A DNA stretch of 64,000 nt, taken from Deinococcus sp. (GTDB lineage Bacteria > Deinococcota > Deinococci > Deinococcales > Deinococcaceae). The first letter of the stretch is position 1. The number at the start of each line of letters is the position of its first letter. Where the stretch lies: positions 96,001-160,000 of the forward strand of contig OZ253376.1 of NCBI GenBank assembly GCA_965261005.1, written 5' to 3'. Of this stretch, positions 51,080 through 61,022 are shown one piece after another. The notes beneath the pieces were generated by a model. That model was given only the letters and a program-made list of their open reading frames with translations. It ran no database searches and was not told where the DNA came from. The position numbers and the translations under genes are program-made.

Positions 51080-51784
51080 ATGAACGAACTCGTTTTAAGC
51101 GGTGAGACTGTGCGTGAGGTGACCGACCCGCAGGTGGTGCCGCGCCTGATGAACGGCTGGGAGATGCGCTACCTGGCCCCCTTTATGGGCCGCGAGGCGA
51201 CCCTGAGCGGGGCGGCGCGCGAGTTGGGCGTGAGCTTGCCCCGGCTGCACTATCAGGTGAACAAGCTGCTGGGCGAGGGCTTGTTGCGGCTCACGCGAAC
51301 GGAGCGCCGCGCGGGGCACCGGGTCAAGCTGTACCGGGCGGTCGCGGACGCCTTTTTCGTGCCCTTCGACTTGATGCCGCGCGAAGGGGTGGAGGAGGTG
51401 ATGGCCAGCGCGGACGAGCCGTGGCGCACGTTCTTCTTGCAGAGCCTGGCGCGGGTGTGGCGCGAGCATCCCGGCCGCTGGGGCATGCACATCGCCCGCG
51501 AGGGGGACGGCGGCATTCGGGCCGGCATCGTGCGGCGCACCGAACACGGCAGGAAACAGGCGCCGTGGAGCTTGGAGGACGCCGAGATGCCCGCCGTGCT
51601 GCTGGGCGGCTGGGTCACCGACCTCGCGCTCGACTTCGAGGACGCCAAGGCGTTGCAGCGCGAACTCGGCGCCGTGGTCGCCAGGTACCTGAACCGCCAC
51701 GGCGCCCAGCGCTACCTGCTGCAAACCCGCCTCGCCCCCCTACGCGCGGAGGGCGGCGCGGTGCCAAGGGTCACCGTGCGCTGA
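51080..51784 (+). CDS. Winged-HTH (ArsR-like) regulator
   Basis: TLS.AA.ELGVS..RLHYQV..L...GLL....R.G..VKLYRA. Confidence 0.8.
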   Translation: MNELVLSGETVREVTDPQVVPRLMNGWEMRYLAPFMGREATLSGAARELGVSLPRLHYQVNKLLGEGLLRLTRTERRAGHRVKLYRAVADAFFVPFDLMPREGVEEVMASADEPWRTFFLQSLARVWREHPGRWGMHIAREGDGGIRAGIVRRTEHGRKQAPWSLEDAEMPAVLLGGWVTDLALDFEDAKALQRELGAVVARYLNRHGAQRYLLQTRLAPLRAEGGAVPRVTVR

Positions 51785-51905
51785 TTCAAAGCGATAATTC
51801 AAATCTTTCTCGGTTTTTTAAGCGGGGCGCCGCTACGCTGGACAACCTCAGCGCTGGACCAACCGTCAATTCCCCTGCTCCGATCCCCTCCTCTGAAAGG
51901 ACGCC

Positions 51906-52829
51906 ATGACCCCCAGCATTCTGCGCACGCCCGACGAGGCGTTCAACGACCTGCCCGGCTACCCCTTCGCGCCGCACTATCTGGACGATTTGCCCGGCTA
52001 CGAGGGGATGCGGCTGCACTATCTGGACGAGGGGTCACGCGGCGCGCCGGTCTTTTTATGCCTGCACGGTGAGCCGTCGTGGAGCTACCTGTACCGCAAG
52101 ATGATCCCGGTGTTCGTGAACGCCGGCTTTCGCGCGGTCGCCCCAGACTTCTTCGGCTTCGGCAAGTCCGACAAGCCCGCCGACGAGGCGACCTACAGCT
52201 TTGACTTTCACCGGCAGAGTCTCCTGCGCCTGATTGGGCGCCTGGACCTGGAGGACGTCACGCTGGTCTGCCAGGACTGGGGCGGGTTGATCGGCCTGAC
52301 GCTGCCACCGGACCTGCCGGAACGGTTTTCGCGCCTGCTGGTCATGAACACCGCCCTGGCGACGGGGGACATTCCGCTGGGGCCGGGCTTTCTGGCGTGG
52401 CGGGCCTACTCGAATGCCCACCCCGACCTCGACGTGCCGGCCCTGTTTAAGCGCTCGTGCCCCGGGATTTCTGGTGAAGTGGCCGCCGCCTACGGCGCCC
52501 CCTTTCCGGACGCGCGCTACAAGGCGGGCAGCCGCGCCTTTCCCAAGCTGGTGCCGGACCGACCCGACGCGCCGGGGGCCGCGCTCTCGCGCCGGGCGCG
52601 CGGGTGGTGGCGCGAGGAGTGGACCGGCGAGAGCTTTATGGCGGTGGGCGTGCAGGACCCGGTGCTGGGCGTCGGCGCCATGACCTACCTGCGCGGCCTG
52701 ATCAAAAATTGCCCGCCGCCGCTCGACATTCCGCAGGGCGGGCACTTCGTGCAAGAGGACGCGGGCGAGACCATCGCCATGAGCGCTCTGCAAGCCTTCG
52801 GCCTCTACGGCGAGGGGGGCGGGACGTGA
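51906..52829 (+). CDS. Haloalkane dehalogenase (HLD-I-like)
   Basis: LRTPD..F..LP, LHGEPSWSYLYRKMIP, QDWGG. Confidence 0.92.
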   Translation: MTPSILRTPDEAFNDLPGYPFAPHYLDDLPGYEGMRLHYLDEGSRGAPVFLCLHGEPSWSYLYRKMIPVFVNAGFRAVAPDFFGFGKSDKPADEATYSFDFHRQSLLRLIGRLDLEDVTLVCQDWGGLIGLTLPPDLPERFSRLLVMNTALATGDIPLGPGFLAWRAYSNAHPDLDVPALFKRSCPGISGEVAAAYGAPFPDARYKAGSRAFPKLVPDRPDAPGAALSRRARGWWREEWTGESFMAVGVQDPVLGVGAMTYLRGLIKNCPPPLDIPQGGHFVQEDAGETIAMSALQAFGLYGEGGGT

Positions 52830-54325
52830 GCCGCGCGCCGCACACGCACGTCGCCATTATCGGGACGGGCTTTTCGGGGCTGGGGGCCGCCGTCCGGCTG
52901 ATGCGGGCGGGGTTGGACGACCTGGTGGTGTTCGAGCGCGCGGCGGACGTGGGCGGCACTTGGCGCGACAACACCTATCCCGGCGCCGCCTGTGACACCC
53001 ACTCGAACCTCTACTCCTTCTCGTTCGCGCCCAACCCGCACTGGAGCCGGGTCTTCGCGGGACAGGCCGAAATCCTTGAGTACCTGAGGGACACCGCCCG
53101 CACGTTCGGCGTGCTGCCCAAGATTCGCTTCGGCCACGCGGTCGAGCGCGCCGAGTGGGACAATCAGGAGGCGAGGTGGCGAATTCACACGGGCGGCGGC
53201 GACTACACCGCCGACCTCGTCATCTCCGGGCACGGCCCGCTGGTCGAGCCGAGATGGCCGGATATTCCCGGCCTGGAAAACTTCGGGGGCGCCAAGATGC
53301 ACTCCGCGCACTGGAACCACGCGGTGGATTTGACCGGCAAGCGCGTGGCGGTGATCGGCACCGGCGCCTCGGCCATCCAGTTTGTGCCGGCCATTCAGCC
53401 GGAGGCGGGGCAGCTGATGGTGTTCCAGAGAAGCGCGCCGTGGATCGTGCCACGCCCCGACCGACCGCACGGCGAGCGTGAGCTGGCCCTGTTCCGCCGC
53501 CTGCCTGCCACCCAGCGCGCCGCGCGCCAAGCCATCTTCGCGCGCGGCGAGATCAACGTGCTGGGCTTCACCAACGCGCGGGTGAACGGGCTGCTCAGCG
53601 GGGTGGCGCGGGCGCACTTGCAGGCCCAGGTGCCCAGCTTGGAGCTGCGCGAAAAGCTCATCCCGAACTACCGCATGGGCTGCAAGCGCATTCTGGTCTC
53701 GAACGACTTTTATCCGGCGGTCCAGCAACCCAACGTCGAACTCGTCACGGAGGCCATTGCCGAAATTCGCCCGCACTCGGTCGTGACGGCGGACGGCGTG
53801 GAGCGCGAGGTGGACGTGCTGATCTGCGGCACCGGCTTTCAAGCGACCGAGCCGCCCATCGCGGGGGTCTTTCACGGAAAGGACGGCCGCACCCTGGCCG
53901 AGGTGTGGCGCGGCAGCCCGCAGGCCTACCTGGGCACGACGGTGGCGGGCTTTCCGAACCTGTTCCTGATGGTGGGGCCGAACACCGGCTCGGGCCACAT
54001 CTCCATCGTGTACATGATCGAGGCGCAGCTGCACTATATCCTGGCTTGCCTGAAGTTCATGCAGGGCCACCACCTGCTCGCCTTCGACGTGAAGGCGGAG
54101 GCGCAGCGCGCCTACAACGCGGACGTGCAGGCGCGGCTCAGGGGCGCCGTCTGGACCGAGGGGGGCTGCACCAGCTTTTACCTCGACAGAAACGGCGTGA
54201 ACACCGCGCTGTGGCCGGGCTTCGCCACCCACTTTCGCCGGCGCTTGGCACGCTTCGATGCCGCCGCCTACGACTGGCGCCTCAGCCCGGCGGCCTTGAG
54301 TGGGCGGCGGACAGCGGGCCGCTGA
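52826..54325 (+). CDS. Baeyer-Villiger-type flavin monooxygenase
   Basis: GGTWRDNTYPG..CD, F.G..MHSAHW, GTGASAIQ, CKR. Confidence 0.93.
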   Translation: MSRAPHTHVAIIGTGFSGLGAAVRLMRAGLDDLVVFERAADVGGTWRDNTYPGAACDTHSNLYSFSFAPNPHWSRVFAGQAEILEYLRDTARTFGVLPKIRFGHAVERAEWDNQEARWRIHTGGGDYTADLVISGHGPLVEPRWPDIPGLENFGGAKMHSAHWNHAVDLTGKRVAVIGTGASAIQFVPAIQPEAGQLMVFQRSAPWIVPRPDRPHGERELALFRRLPATQRAARQAIFARGEINVLGFTNARVNGLLSGVARAHLQAQVPSLELREKLIPNYRMGCKRILVSNDFYPAVQQPNVELVTEAIAEIRPHSVVTADGVEREVDVLICGTGFQATEPPIAGVFHGKDGRTLAEVWRGSPQAYLGTTVAGFPNLFLMVGPNTGSGHISIVYMIEAQLHYILACLKFMQGHHLLAFDVKAEAQRAYNADVQARLRGAVWTEGGCTSFYLDRNGVNTALWPGFATHFRRRLARFDAAAYDWRLSPAALSGRRTAGR

Positions 54326-54500
54326 CTCTTGACCTCGGCCGAATCTGATTACCAGGGACGGCTTGCCGCCTGCAATCCATGTGAAATTTAACGGCACAAA
54401 AGTTAATGAAAAGTTAATATATAACTCAGCCGAGCGAAAACTTAACGCTCTGCGCATCGGCGGCGCGAGCGGGTTCCGAGCGCTCACGAAAGGACAACAG

Positions 54501-55163
54501 ATGTCTGACCTCGCGCGCCCGAATGCCACCCCACCGATTCAACGTCTGCTGGGCTGCTTGGCAGGTCAGTTTGTCTTTGCGGCGGGCCTGGCCCTGTTGC
54601 TGCACGCCAAGCTGGGCACAACGCCGTGGGGCGTGTTGTCCGACGCCGTGAGCCAACACACCCCGCTGACCTACGGCGGTGCCAACGCCATGATCGGCGC
54701 CTTGGCGCTGGCCTGTAGCGTGCTGTTTCGCCAGCAACTCGGCGTGGGGTCGCTGCTTCACGCCGTCTTGGTTTCGTTTTTCGCGGACGTGGTCTTGGCG
54801 TGGTTACCGCGCGCGCACGTCGCACTTTGGCCGGAGATGCTGCTGGGCATCGTGTTGACCACGGCCGGTACGGGGGCGTACATCGCGCAGCGGATGGGAC
54901 CGGGACCGCGCGACGCGATGCTGCTGGGCCTCTCCAGGCGCGCCAACATCCCCATCTGGGCCGCTCGCGCCTTGATCGAGGTGCCCATTCTGGTCGTCGG
55001 CGTTCTCTTGGGCGGCAAGGCCGGCCTCGGCACGCTGGCCTTTGTCGTGCTGGGGCCGCCGCTGACCCACTACTTCATCGGGCGCTTCAGTGGGACGCTG
55101 CCCCCCGGGCACTGGCGCGGCGCGGCCCTGCTCAGGCGGCTCGGGCGCAAGGCGGCGCTTTGA
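54501..55163 (+). CDS. YczE/YyaS/YitT-family membrane protein
   Basis: LG..PW.VL, MG.GPRD, G.GTL; multi-TM. Confidence 0.85.
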   Translation: MSDLARPNATPPIQRLLGCLAGQFVFAAGLALLLHAKLGTTPWGVLSDAVSQHTPLTYGGANAMIGALALACSVLFRQQLGVGSLLHAVLVSFFADVVLAWLPRAHVALWPEMLLGIVLTTAGTGAYIAQRMGPGPRDAMLLGLSRRANIPIWAARALIEVPILVVGVLLGGKAGLGTLAFVVLGPPLTHYFIGRFSGTLPPGHWRGAALLRRLGRKAAL

Positions 55164-55373
55164 GGATGGCACCACGAAAACGGCAGTCCAACATCACATG
55201 TGGCGAGCTTTGCTCGCCATTTCGGCGTGGGGACGAGGCAAGGCGGTTTTGACTGCACTGCTGGATGGGTCCACAGCGCCCTCAGAACGGCCTCAGAGGC
55301 TAAGCGCCGCCTTTCACGTACAAACTAGAGATGCACTGCTCGCTGCGCGTCCTTGAGGCTCCTAAAGCATTTC

Positions 55374-56855
55374 CTAGGGTGTGGCGATCAGACGCTCGAT
55401 CTCTTCCAAGGCGGCGCGGCGGTTCTGGTTCACAAAGGTCAGCTCAAAAATTCGGTTCACAAAGGCTTGCGGGTCTTCCCTGCCGCTCAGCAGGGCCGCG
55501 CGCAGCTGGGCAATCTTGTGCTCGGTCCAGGCCTTGCCAAAGGCGCCCTTCAGGCTCAGCAGCGCCTCCTCGGCGCGCGCTTCGGGGGGCCGCGCTTTGG
55601 CCTCGGCCGTGCGCCTGACCTCGGCCTCAGCCTCAGCGCGCGCGCGCTCCTCGGCCAGGCGCGCGGCGCGCTCCCGGTGCTCGGGGCCAACGTAGCCTTC
55701 GGGGTCGGCGTACTTACCGGTGTCGTCCTTGATGACGTCCACCAGCATGGCGGCCGGTTTCTTCGGCGCGTAGGCCAGCGTCAGGGCCTCGAACTTGGCC
55801 ACCCGCTCGCTCACGCGGGCCTCGCCGAACTGGTTCACCAAGCGCGCGGCCTGGGGGCGCGCCACGCCACGGCGCGTCAGGGCCTCCACGGCCGGCCGGC
55901 GGTCGAGTTCCAGGCTCTGTTCCGGCTCAACTTGCTCCAGTCCAGCTTGTTCTGGCCCAGTTTGTTCCGGCGCTTGCGGGGCGCCCGAATTCACCGCGCT
56001 TCCGAACAGGTAGGTGATGCGCTGCGACTTGCCGCGCCCGTCATAGCGCACCTCTCGCAGGTAGCCGCGCCCCCGCAACTCCTCATGCACGCTTTCCAGC
56101 GTGCGGCGAATCTTGTCGCTGCGCTTGTCCACGATCTTGCACAAGTCGGCCCATTCCAGCAAGTTGGCGGTGTACTCGGGCAGGGGTTCGTGAACTTCCG
56201 GCGACGGGTAGCGCTTGGCGTCGAGCAGCCGGTACACGTTGCGGCTGACCGGCCCCTTCAAGCTGATCAAAAAGTCGTAGTCGAGCGGCTTGACGTAGCG
56301 GGCGCGAATGGACTGTGCGACGGGTTGCGCGAGGCGAATCACGATCACGCTCTTGCTGGACAAGCCCCGGTCGTCGTCCTCGCTGGTGTACTGCACCGTC
56401 TCGAAGTAGTTGAACTGGCGCGTTTCCCACCGGCGCTTTTCGGCCACGTAAAAGGCGTTCGACGCGGTGTAGCGCGCCGCGCCGAGGCGGTTCAGGGACG
56501 CGCGTAGCGCCTCGTAATTGCGCCCAGTCGCGTGCAGCCCGGCCATCTGCATGATGCGGTAAGCGGTGGTACGCACTTCCCCGCTGTCCGGCTCACCCTG
56601 ATCGATGAAGAGTTGCGTGACGGCCGTGGCGACGTCGCCGTCGAGGCCGTGCGGCACGCCGCCGTACTCGCTGGGCGCCACGCACTCCAGCTTGGCGGGC
56701 AGCCCATTGGCGGTAAAGTCCACCGCCCAAGACGTGAAGTCGCGCGGAATGCGCTCTTGAATGCTGATAAAGCCGAGACGTCCCACGTTGGCCTCGTCGA
56801 AACGGCTCAGCTCGCCGCTCTTGGCCGGGACGGTCTTTTGTTTGCGCTTTGCCAT
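55374..56855 (-). CDS. repA: Plasmid replication initiator protein
   Basis: DE.N.GRLG.ISIQERIP, GVPHG.D.D, YRLLDA; adjacent to iterons and parAB. Confidence 0.85.
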   Translation of the reverse strand: MAKRKQKTVPAKSGELSRFDEANVGRLGFISIQERIPRDFTSWAVDFTANGLPAKLECVAPSEYGGVPHGLDGDVATAVTQLFIDQGEPDSGEVRTTAYRIMQMAGLHATGRNYEALRASLNRLGAARYTASNAFYVAEKRRWETRQFNYFETVQYTSEDDDRGLSSKSVIVIRLAQPVAQSIRARYVKPLDYDFLISLKGPVSRNVYRLLDAKRYPSPEVHEPLPEYTANLLEWADLCKIVDKRSDKIRRTLESVHEELRGRGYLREVRYDGRGKSQRITYLFGSAVNSGAPQAPEQTGPEQAGLEQVEPEQSLELDRRPAVEALTRRGVARPQAARLVNQFGEARVSERVAKFEALTLAYAPKKPAAMLVDVIKDDTGKYADPEGYVGPEHRERAARLAEERARAEAEAEVRRTAEAKARPPEARAEEALLSLKGAFGKAWTEHKIAQLRAALLSGREDPQAFVNRIFELTFVNQNRRAALEEIERLIATP

Positions 56856-56889
56856 GAATTGCCCGTCCCCAGTTTAGCCGCAAACCCGT

Positions 56890-56953
56890 CCTGTTGTTGT
56901 CCTATGTAGTTGTAAAGACTTTTGTTGTTTAAAAGATAAATAACAACAACAGG
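56890..56953. other. AT-rich putative DNA-unwinding element bounded by an 11-bp inverted repeat
   Basis: CCTGTTGTTGT ... ACAACAACAGG enclosing an AT-rich tract next to the iterons. Confidence 0.65.
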
Positions 56954-56994
56954 GGCGCCGCGCGAGGTCCCGAAAACACGGTGTTTTTTCGATT

Positions 56995-57426
56995 ATTCCC
57001 CAAACTGTTCGTGCTTTTTTGCCCCATTTCCCCCAAACTGTTCGTGCTTTTTTGCCCCATTTCCCCCAAACTGTTCGTGCTTTCCCCCGGATTTCCCCCA
57101 AGTCGTTCGATACTTCGCCCCAAATTCCCCCCAAGTCGTTCGATAGATGCAGCCGTTATTCCCCAAACTGTTCGTGCCCTTTCCCCTCCGTTTCCCCCAA
57201 ACTGTTCGATACCCCGCTCGAATTCCCCCCAAGTTGTACGTGCCCAAGGCGCCCATTTCCCCCAAACTGTTCGTGCTTTTTCACCCCATTCCCCCCAAAC
57301 TGTTCGTGCTTTTTGGGCATATCCCCCAAACTGTTCGATAGCAAAGAGGCTTGTTTCGAGACGTTTCGAGCATCGAATTGAGGGCTGAGTGGGGTCTCTT
57401 TGGTCCTCTTCCCCCCAAACTGTTCG
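56995..57426 (+). repeat. Iteron array (replication origin)
   Basis: 11 copies of CCCCAA(A/G)(C/T)(T/C)GT(T/A)CG at a ~32-33-bp period, plus one spaced copy at ~57411. Confidence 0.9.
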
Positions 57427-57491
57427 GTAGAAGCCGAGCGGCAAAAGGCCGTGTTGGGGCGCTCAGGCTCCTCGACTTGGCCCGGTTGCCG

Positions 57492-57517
57492 AGCTGCACA
57501 TAACGTTATGTGCAGCT
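57492..57517. promoter_or_regulatory. Putative parS/operator palindrome 1
   Basis: Perfect 26-bp AGCTGCACATAACGTTATGTGCAGCT upstream of parA. Confidence 0.8.
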
Positions 57518-57539
57518 TTGTCGTATGCTGCTTTCACCC

Positions 57540-58340
57540 ATGCCGCGACGAACGTACACGTTTTTCAATCACGCCGGTGGCGTTGGAAAGACGACCACCA
57601 GCCGGGACTTCGGCTACGAACTCGCCTTGCGCGGCTACCAAGTCTTGTTGGTGGACCTCGATCCTCAAGGCAACCTGACCAGCTTTTTGGGGGCAGACAA
57701 GTGGAACCTCATGCCGGAGGACACCTTGCTGGGCGCCCTGCTTGAGGACGTGCCGGAGCGGGTGATCGAGCGTATTCCAAAAATTCTCGAAGTGCACGGG
57801 CTGCACCTTTTGCCGGCAACGCTCGACCTCGCCGGCGCCGAAACGGGTCTGATGTCCAAGATGGCCAGAGAGCACCGCCTGTCGAACGTGCTGGAACAGC
57901 TGCCGCACGACTACGACTTCGTGCTGATCGACTCGCCGCCGTCGCTGGCGACCTTGACGGTCAACGCCTTGGTCGCGGCCGACAAGATCATCTCCCCCGT
58001 CGCCACCCGCTTCAAGGCGCTCGACGGCTTGCCCGGCCTGATGCGCATGATCGAGAGCTTGCGCTTTGTCAAGAACCGCCTGACCTTCGCCGCCTTCGTG
58101 CCGACCATGTACGATTCGCGCACCAACCACGACCGCGACATGTTGGGCGAGATTCGCGACCGTCTCAGCGACATCGCCCCGGTGCTGCCGGTGATCCGCT
58201 ACCGCGCCGCCGACCACAACGACGCCTCGACCGCCGGCGTGCCGGTCGCCTTGTACAAGCCCAACTCCGAGGCGGCGGCGGACATGCGTGAGGCCGTGGA
58301 GGCCTTTTTGAACTTCGAGCGCATCGAGGCCCGCGCGTGA
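57540..58340 (+). CDS. parA: Partition ATPase
   Basis: NHAGGVGKTT, DLDPQGNL, LIDSPPS. Confidence 0.95.
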   Translation: MPRRTYTFFNHAGGVGKTTTSRDFGYELALRGYQVLLVDLDPQGNLTSFLGADKWNLMPEDTLLGALLEDVPERVIERIPKILEVHGLHLLPATLDLAGAETGLMSKMAREHRLSNVLEQLPHDYDFVLIDSPPSLATLTVNALVAADKIISPVATRFKALDGLPGLMRMIESLRFVKNRLTFAAFVPTMYDSRTNHDRDMLGEIRDRLSDIAPVLPVIRYRAADHNDASTAGVPVALYKPNSEAAADMREAVEAFLNFERIEARA

Positions 58341-59287
58341 GCGCTAAGCCCCGTCCCAAGGCCCGCGTCGGCGACCTGAGGCCGGCCGCCTCGGAGGAGC
58401 TGCTCAGGGGCTTCACCAGCTTCGAGCGGCACGACGCCCTTTTGGAGGTGCCGCTCGACCAGTTGACCTTGCGCAAAGACCAGCCACGGCGCCAATTTGG
58501 CGCGCAGGCGCTGCGCAGCTTGACGGCCAGCATCAAGGCGCACGGGGTCTTGCAACCCATCAGCGTACACGCCCTCGGTGAGGGACGCTACGAGGTGATC
58601 GCCGGCGAGCGGCGGGTGCGCAGCGCCCGCGAGGCGGGCCTCAGCAAGGTGCCGGCCAAGGTGTACCAGCACCTCAGCGAGGCCCAGGTCAAGACTTTGG
58701 CGGCGGTGGAGAATCTTCAGCGCGAGGACCTCAACCCGGTGGACGAGGTGGACGCCATCCTCGATATTCTCAGCGCCGAGCTGAAGCGAGACCGCGACGC
58801 CTTGCTGCGCGCCCTAGAACGCTGGCGCCGCTTGGTGCTGCGCGATCCCGAGTTGGCGCGCGCGGACCAGCAAGACAAGGGCGACGTCGAGCGCCTCGGC
58901 GAGGTCTTCGCCCGCTTGTCGCGCGGGGAGTGGACCTCGTTTGTGTCGAACCGCCTCCCGGTGCTGCGGCTGCCGCTCGATCTGCTCGACGCCGTGCGCT
59001 ATGAGCAGCTCGACTACACCAAGGCGCTGCTATTGCGCCGCGTCGCCGACGAGGGGCAGCGGCGACAGCTCACAGAGGTAGCGCGCGAGGCCAGCGTTCA
59101 GACCGTGCGCCGCATGGTCAAGCAGGCCACCGGCGGCGCGGCCCCGGAGCCTCGCCACACCGTTGCCGCCGGCGAACTCAAACGGGTCTCAGGTCTGCTC
59201 GACGAGGTGCGTTGGGCCAAGCTCGGCCGCCGCAAACAGAGCAAGATCGTTCGCTTGATTGGCGAGTTGAATGAGGTTTTGCGCTGA
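58337..59287 (+). CDS. parB: ParB/Spo0J partition protein
   Basis: QPR..F, GVLQPI.V, IAGERRVR, ENLQREDLNP. Confidence 0.95.
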   Translation: MSAKPRPKARVGDLRPAASEELLRGFTSFERHDALLEVPLDQLTLRKDQPRRQFGAQALRSLTASIKAHGVLQPISVHALGEGRYEVIAGERRVRSAREAGLSKVPAKVYQHLSEAQVKTLAAVENLQREDLNPVDEVDAILDILSAELKRDRDALLRALERWRRLVLRDPELARADQQDKGDVERLGEVFARLSRGEWTSFVSNRLPVLRLPLDLLDAVRYEQLDYTKALLLRRVADEGQRRQLTEVAREASVQTVRRMVKQATGGAAPEPRHTVAAGELKRVSGLLDEVRWAKLGRRKQSKIVRLIGELNEVLR

Positions 59288-59294
59288 TCGGCGG

Positions 59295-59318
59295 GCTGCA
59301 CATAACGTTATGTGCAGC
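59295..59318. promoter_or_regulatory. Putative parS palindrome 2
   Basis: Perfect 24-bp GCTGCACATAACGTTATGTGCAGC, 8 bp after parB. Confidence 0.8.
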
Positions 59319-59410
59319 TCTTCGGCGGCATGTTCCGGCGCCCTTTGCCGAATTCTTACCAAACGCGGGCAGACTTGTGGCGCGGTGAGGTTGTCCCGCC
59401 ACAAGGAGCC

Positions 59411-60412
59411 ATGACCCGATTTTCAGCGCCCAACCCCCTTCACGCCGTCCGCCGCCTTTGGTCGGGCGCCGCTTCCGCGTCCTGGCATGTCGCTCACTTC
59501 GAGCGGGTGCTCGGAACTTCGCTGGAAGTACGCATTCGGACGGTTCGTCCTGAGCAGGCGCGCGTGGCCCAGGACGCCCTATTCGCCGAACTTGACCGCT
59601 TGGAGGCGGTTTTCAGCCGCTTCGATTCCGCCAGCGAGCTGAACCGCTGGCAAACGACCGCCGGGGAAGGGGCCGTTTCGGGGGACTTGGCCTGGCTGCT
59701 GCGCGAGGGGTTGAGGTGGCAGCTGGAGACGGGGGGCGCCTTTCATCCCGGCGCCGACGCCTTGGGGCAGGTGTGGCAGGGGGCGGGGGCGGCGGGTCGC
59801 CTGCCTGGCGACGCCGACCTCGCGCCAATTGTGGCCCAGTTGCGCCCGCCCGCCTATAGCGTCTCGGAAACCGAGCCTACGGTGTGGCGCCTTGGAACGT
59901 TGCCGCTCAACTTCAACGCCCTTGCCAAGGGGCGCATCGTTGACTTGGTGGGTCAGGCGGCGCAGGCGGTGGACGGCGTGAGGGAGGTGTTGGTGAACGT
60001 TGGCGGCGATGTGCGCCATCTCGGGCGCGGGGATGCCAACTGCGGGCATGTCAAGGTGGCCGTCGCCGATCCCTTCAGCGCGGCCGACAACGCGCCGCCA
60101 CTGACCCGCCTGCGGGTGCGGGGGCAAGGCGTCGCCAGCAGCGGCCGTTCCAAGCGGGGCTACCGCGTTGGCGGGCGCTGGTTTTCGCACGTGCTCGATC
60201 CGCGCACGGGCTGGCCGGCCGAGGCGGTGGTCGGCGCGAGCGTGATCGCGCCGGACTGCGCCACGGCCGACGTGCTGGCCACCGCCATGAGCGTGCTGTC
60301 CCCACACGAGAGCTTGGCGCTGGCGGGCGGTTTGCCCGGCGTCGGCTGCCTGTTGGTCACCCGGGAAGGGGACCGCCTTTCCAACGCCTTTTGGCGCAAA
60401 CACGAGTTGTAG
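59411..60412 (+). CDS. apbE: FAD:protein FMN transferase
   Basis: S.F...SEL, ALAKG, VNVGGD, SSG, SHVLDPRTG.P, ADVLATA. Confidence 0.92.
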   Translation: MTRFSAPNPLHAVRRLWSGAASASWHVAHFERVLGTSLEVRIRTVRPEQARVAQDALFAELDRLEAVFSRFDSASELNRWQTTAGEGAVSGDLAWLLREGLRWQLETGGAFHPGADALGQVWQGAGAAGRLPGDADLAPIVAQLRPPAYSVSETEPTVWRLGTLPLNFNALAKGRIVDLVGQAAQAVDGVREVLVNVGGDVRHLGRGDANCGHVKVAVADPFSAADNAPPLTRLRVRGQGVASSGRSKRGYRVGGRWFSHVLDPRTGWPAEAVVGASVIAPDCATADVLATAMSVLSPHESLALAGGLPGVGCLLVTREGDRLSNAFWRKHEL

Positions 60413-60452
60413 CAGCCCAGCATCTTTCCATTTCTAAGAACGAGGTTTACCT

Positions 60453-61022
60453 ATGAAACACACTCCATCCACCACCCTCAGCCGGCGCGGCTTCCTGAAT
60501 GGGGTGGTCGGCGTCGCCCTGGGTTTGCTGCTGGGCAAGTCTGCCCTTGCACAACCGACAGTTCAGGCCAAGCTGTTGCCGCTCACCGTCAACTTCACCT
60601 TGCTGGCGCCGGCGGCCGGGCGCTACCAGCGGCCCTACGTCGCGGTGTGGATCGAGGACGCGGAGGGCAATCCGGTGCGGACACTCGCGCTGTGGGCGGA
60701 GCTGAGCGGCCGGGGTCAGCGCTACGTGCGGGACTTGCGCCGCTGGTATCAGGACACGCGAGGTGGCGGCCAGCTGAGCGACACGGCGACCGGCCCCACC
60801 CGCATGCCCGGCCAGTACAGCGTCATGTGGGACGGCAAGACCGACGCGGGCGCGCCGGCGGGCAGGGGCGACTACTTCGTGTGTTTGGAGTACGCCCGCG
60901 AACACGGTCCCTACGACCTGATCCGCCAAAGCGTCACCTTGGGCGCCGCGCCCTTCACCAAGCCGCTGCCGGCCGCCAGCGAGGTAGGAGACGTGAGCGT
61001 TGCGTACCGCAAGCCCGCCTGA
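60453..61022 (+). CDS. Tat-exported DUF2271 protein
   Basis: SRRGFL; RPYVAVWIED, DLRRWY, WDG, EYAREHG. Confidence 0.88.
   Translation: MKHTPSTTLSRRGFLNGVVGVALGLLLGKSALAQPTVQAKLLPLTVNFTLLAPAAGRYQRPYVAVWIEDAEGNPVRTLALWAELSGRGQRYVRDLRRWYQDTRGGGQLSDTATGPTRMPGQYSVMWDGKTDAGAPAGRGDYFVCLEYAREHGPYDLIRQSVTLGAAPFTKPLPAASEVGDVSVAYRKPA

Noticed and set aside
56995..57426. CRISPR array
   Set aside because: The repeat core is ~14 bp with ~18-bp mutually similar spacers, there are no cas genes, and it lies between rep and parA. These are iterons.
56874..57499. Repetitive ORFs (ARTVWGKWG, PKLFVLF etc.)
   Set aside because: Translations of the iteron array in several frames.
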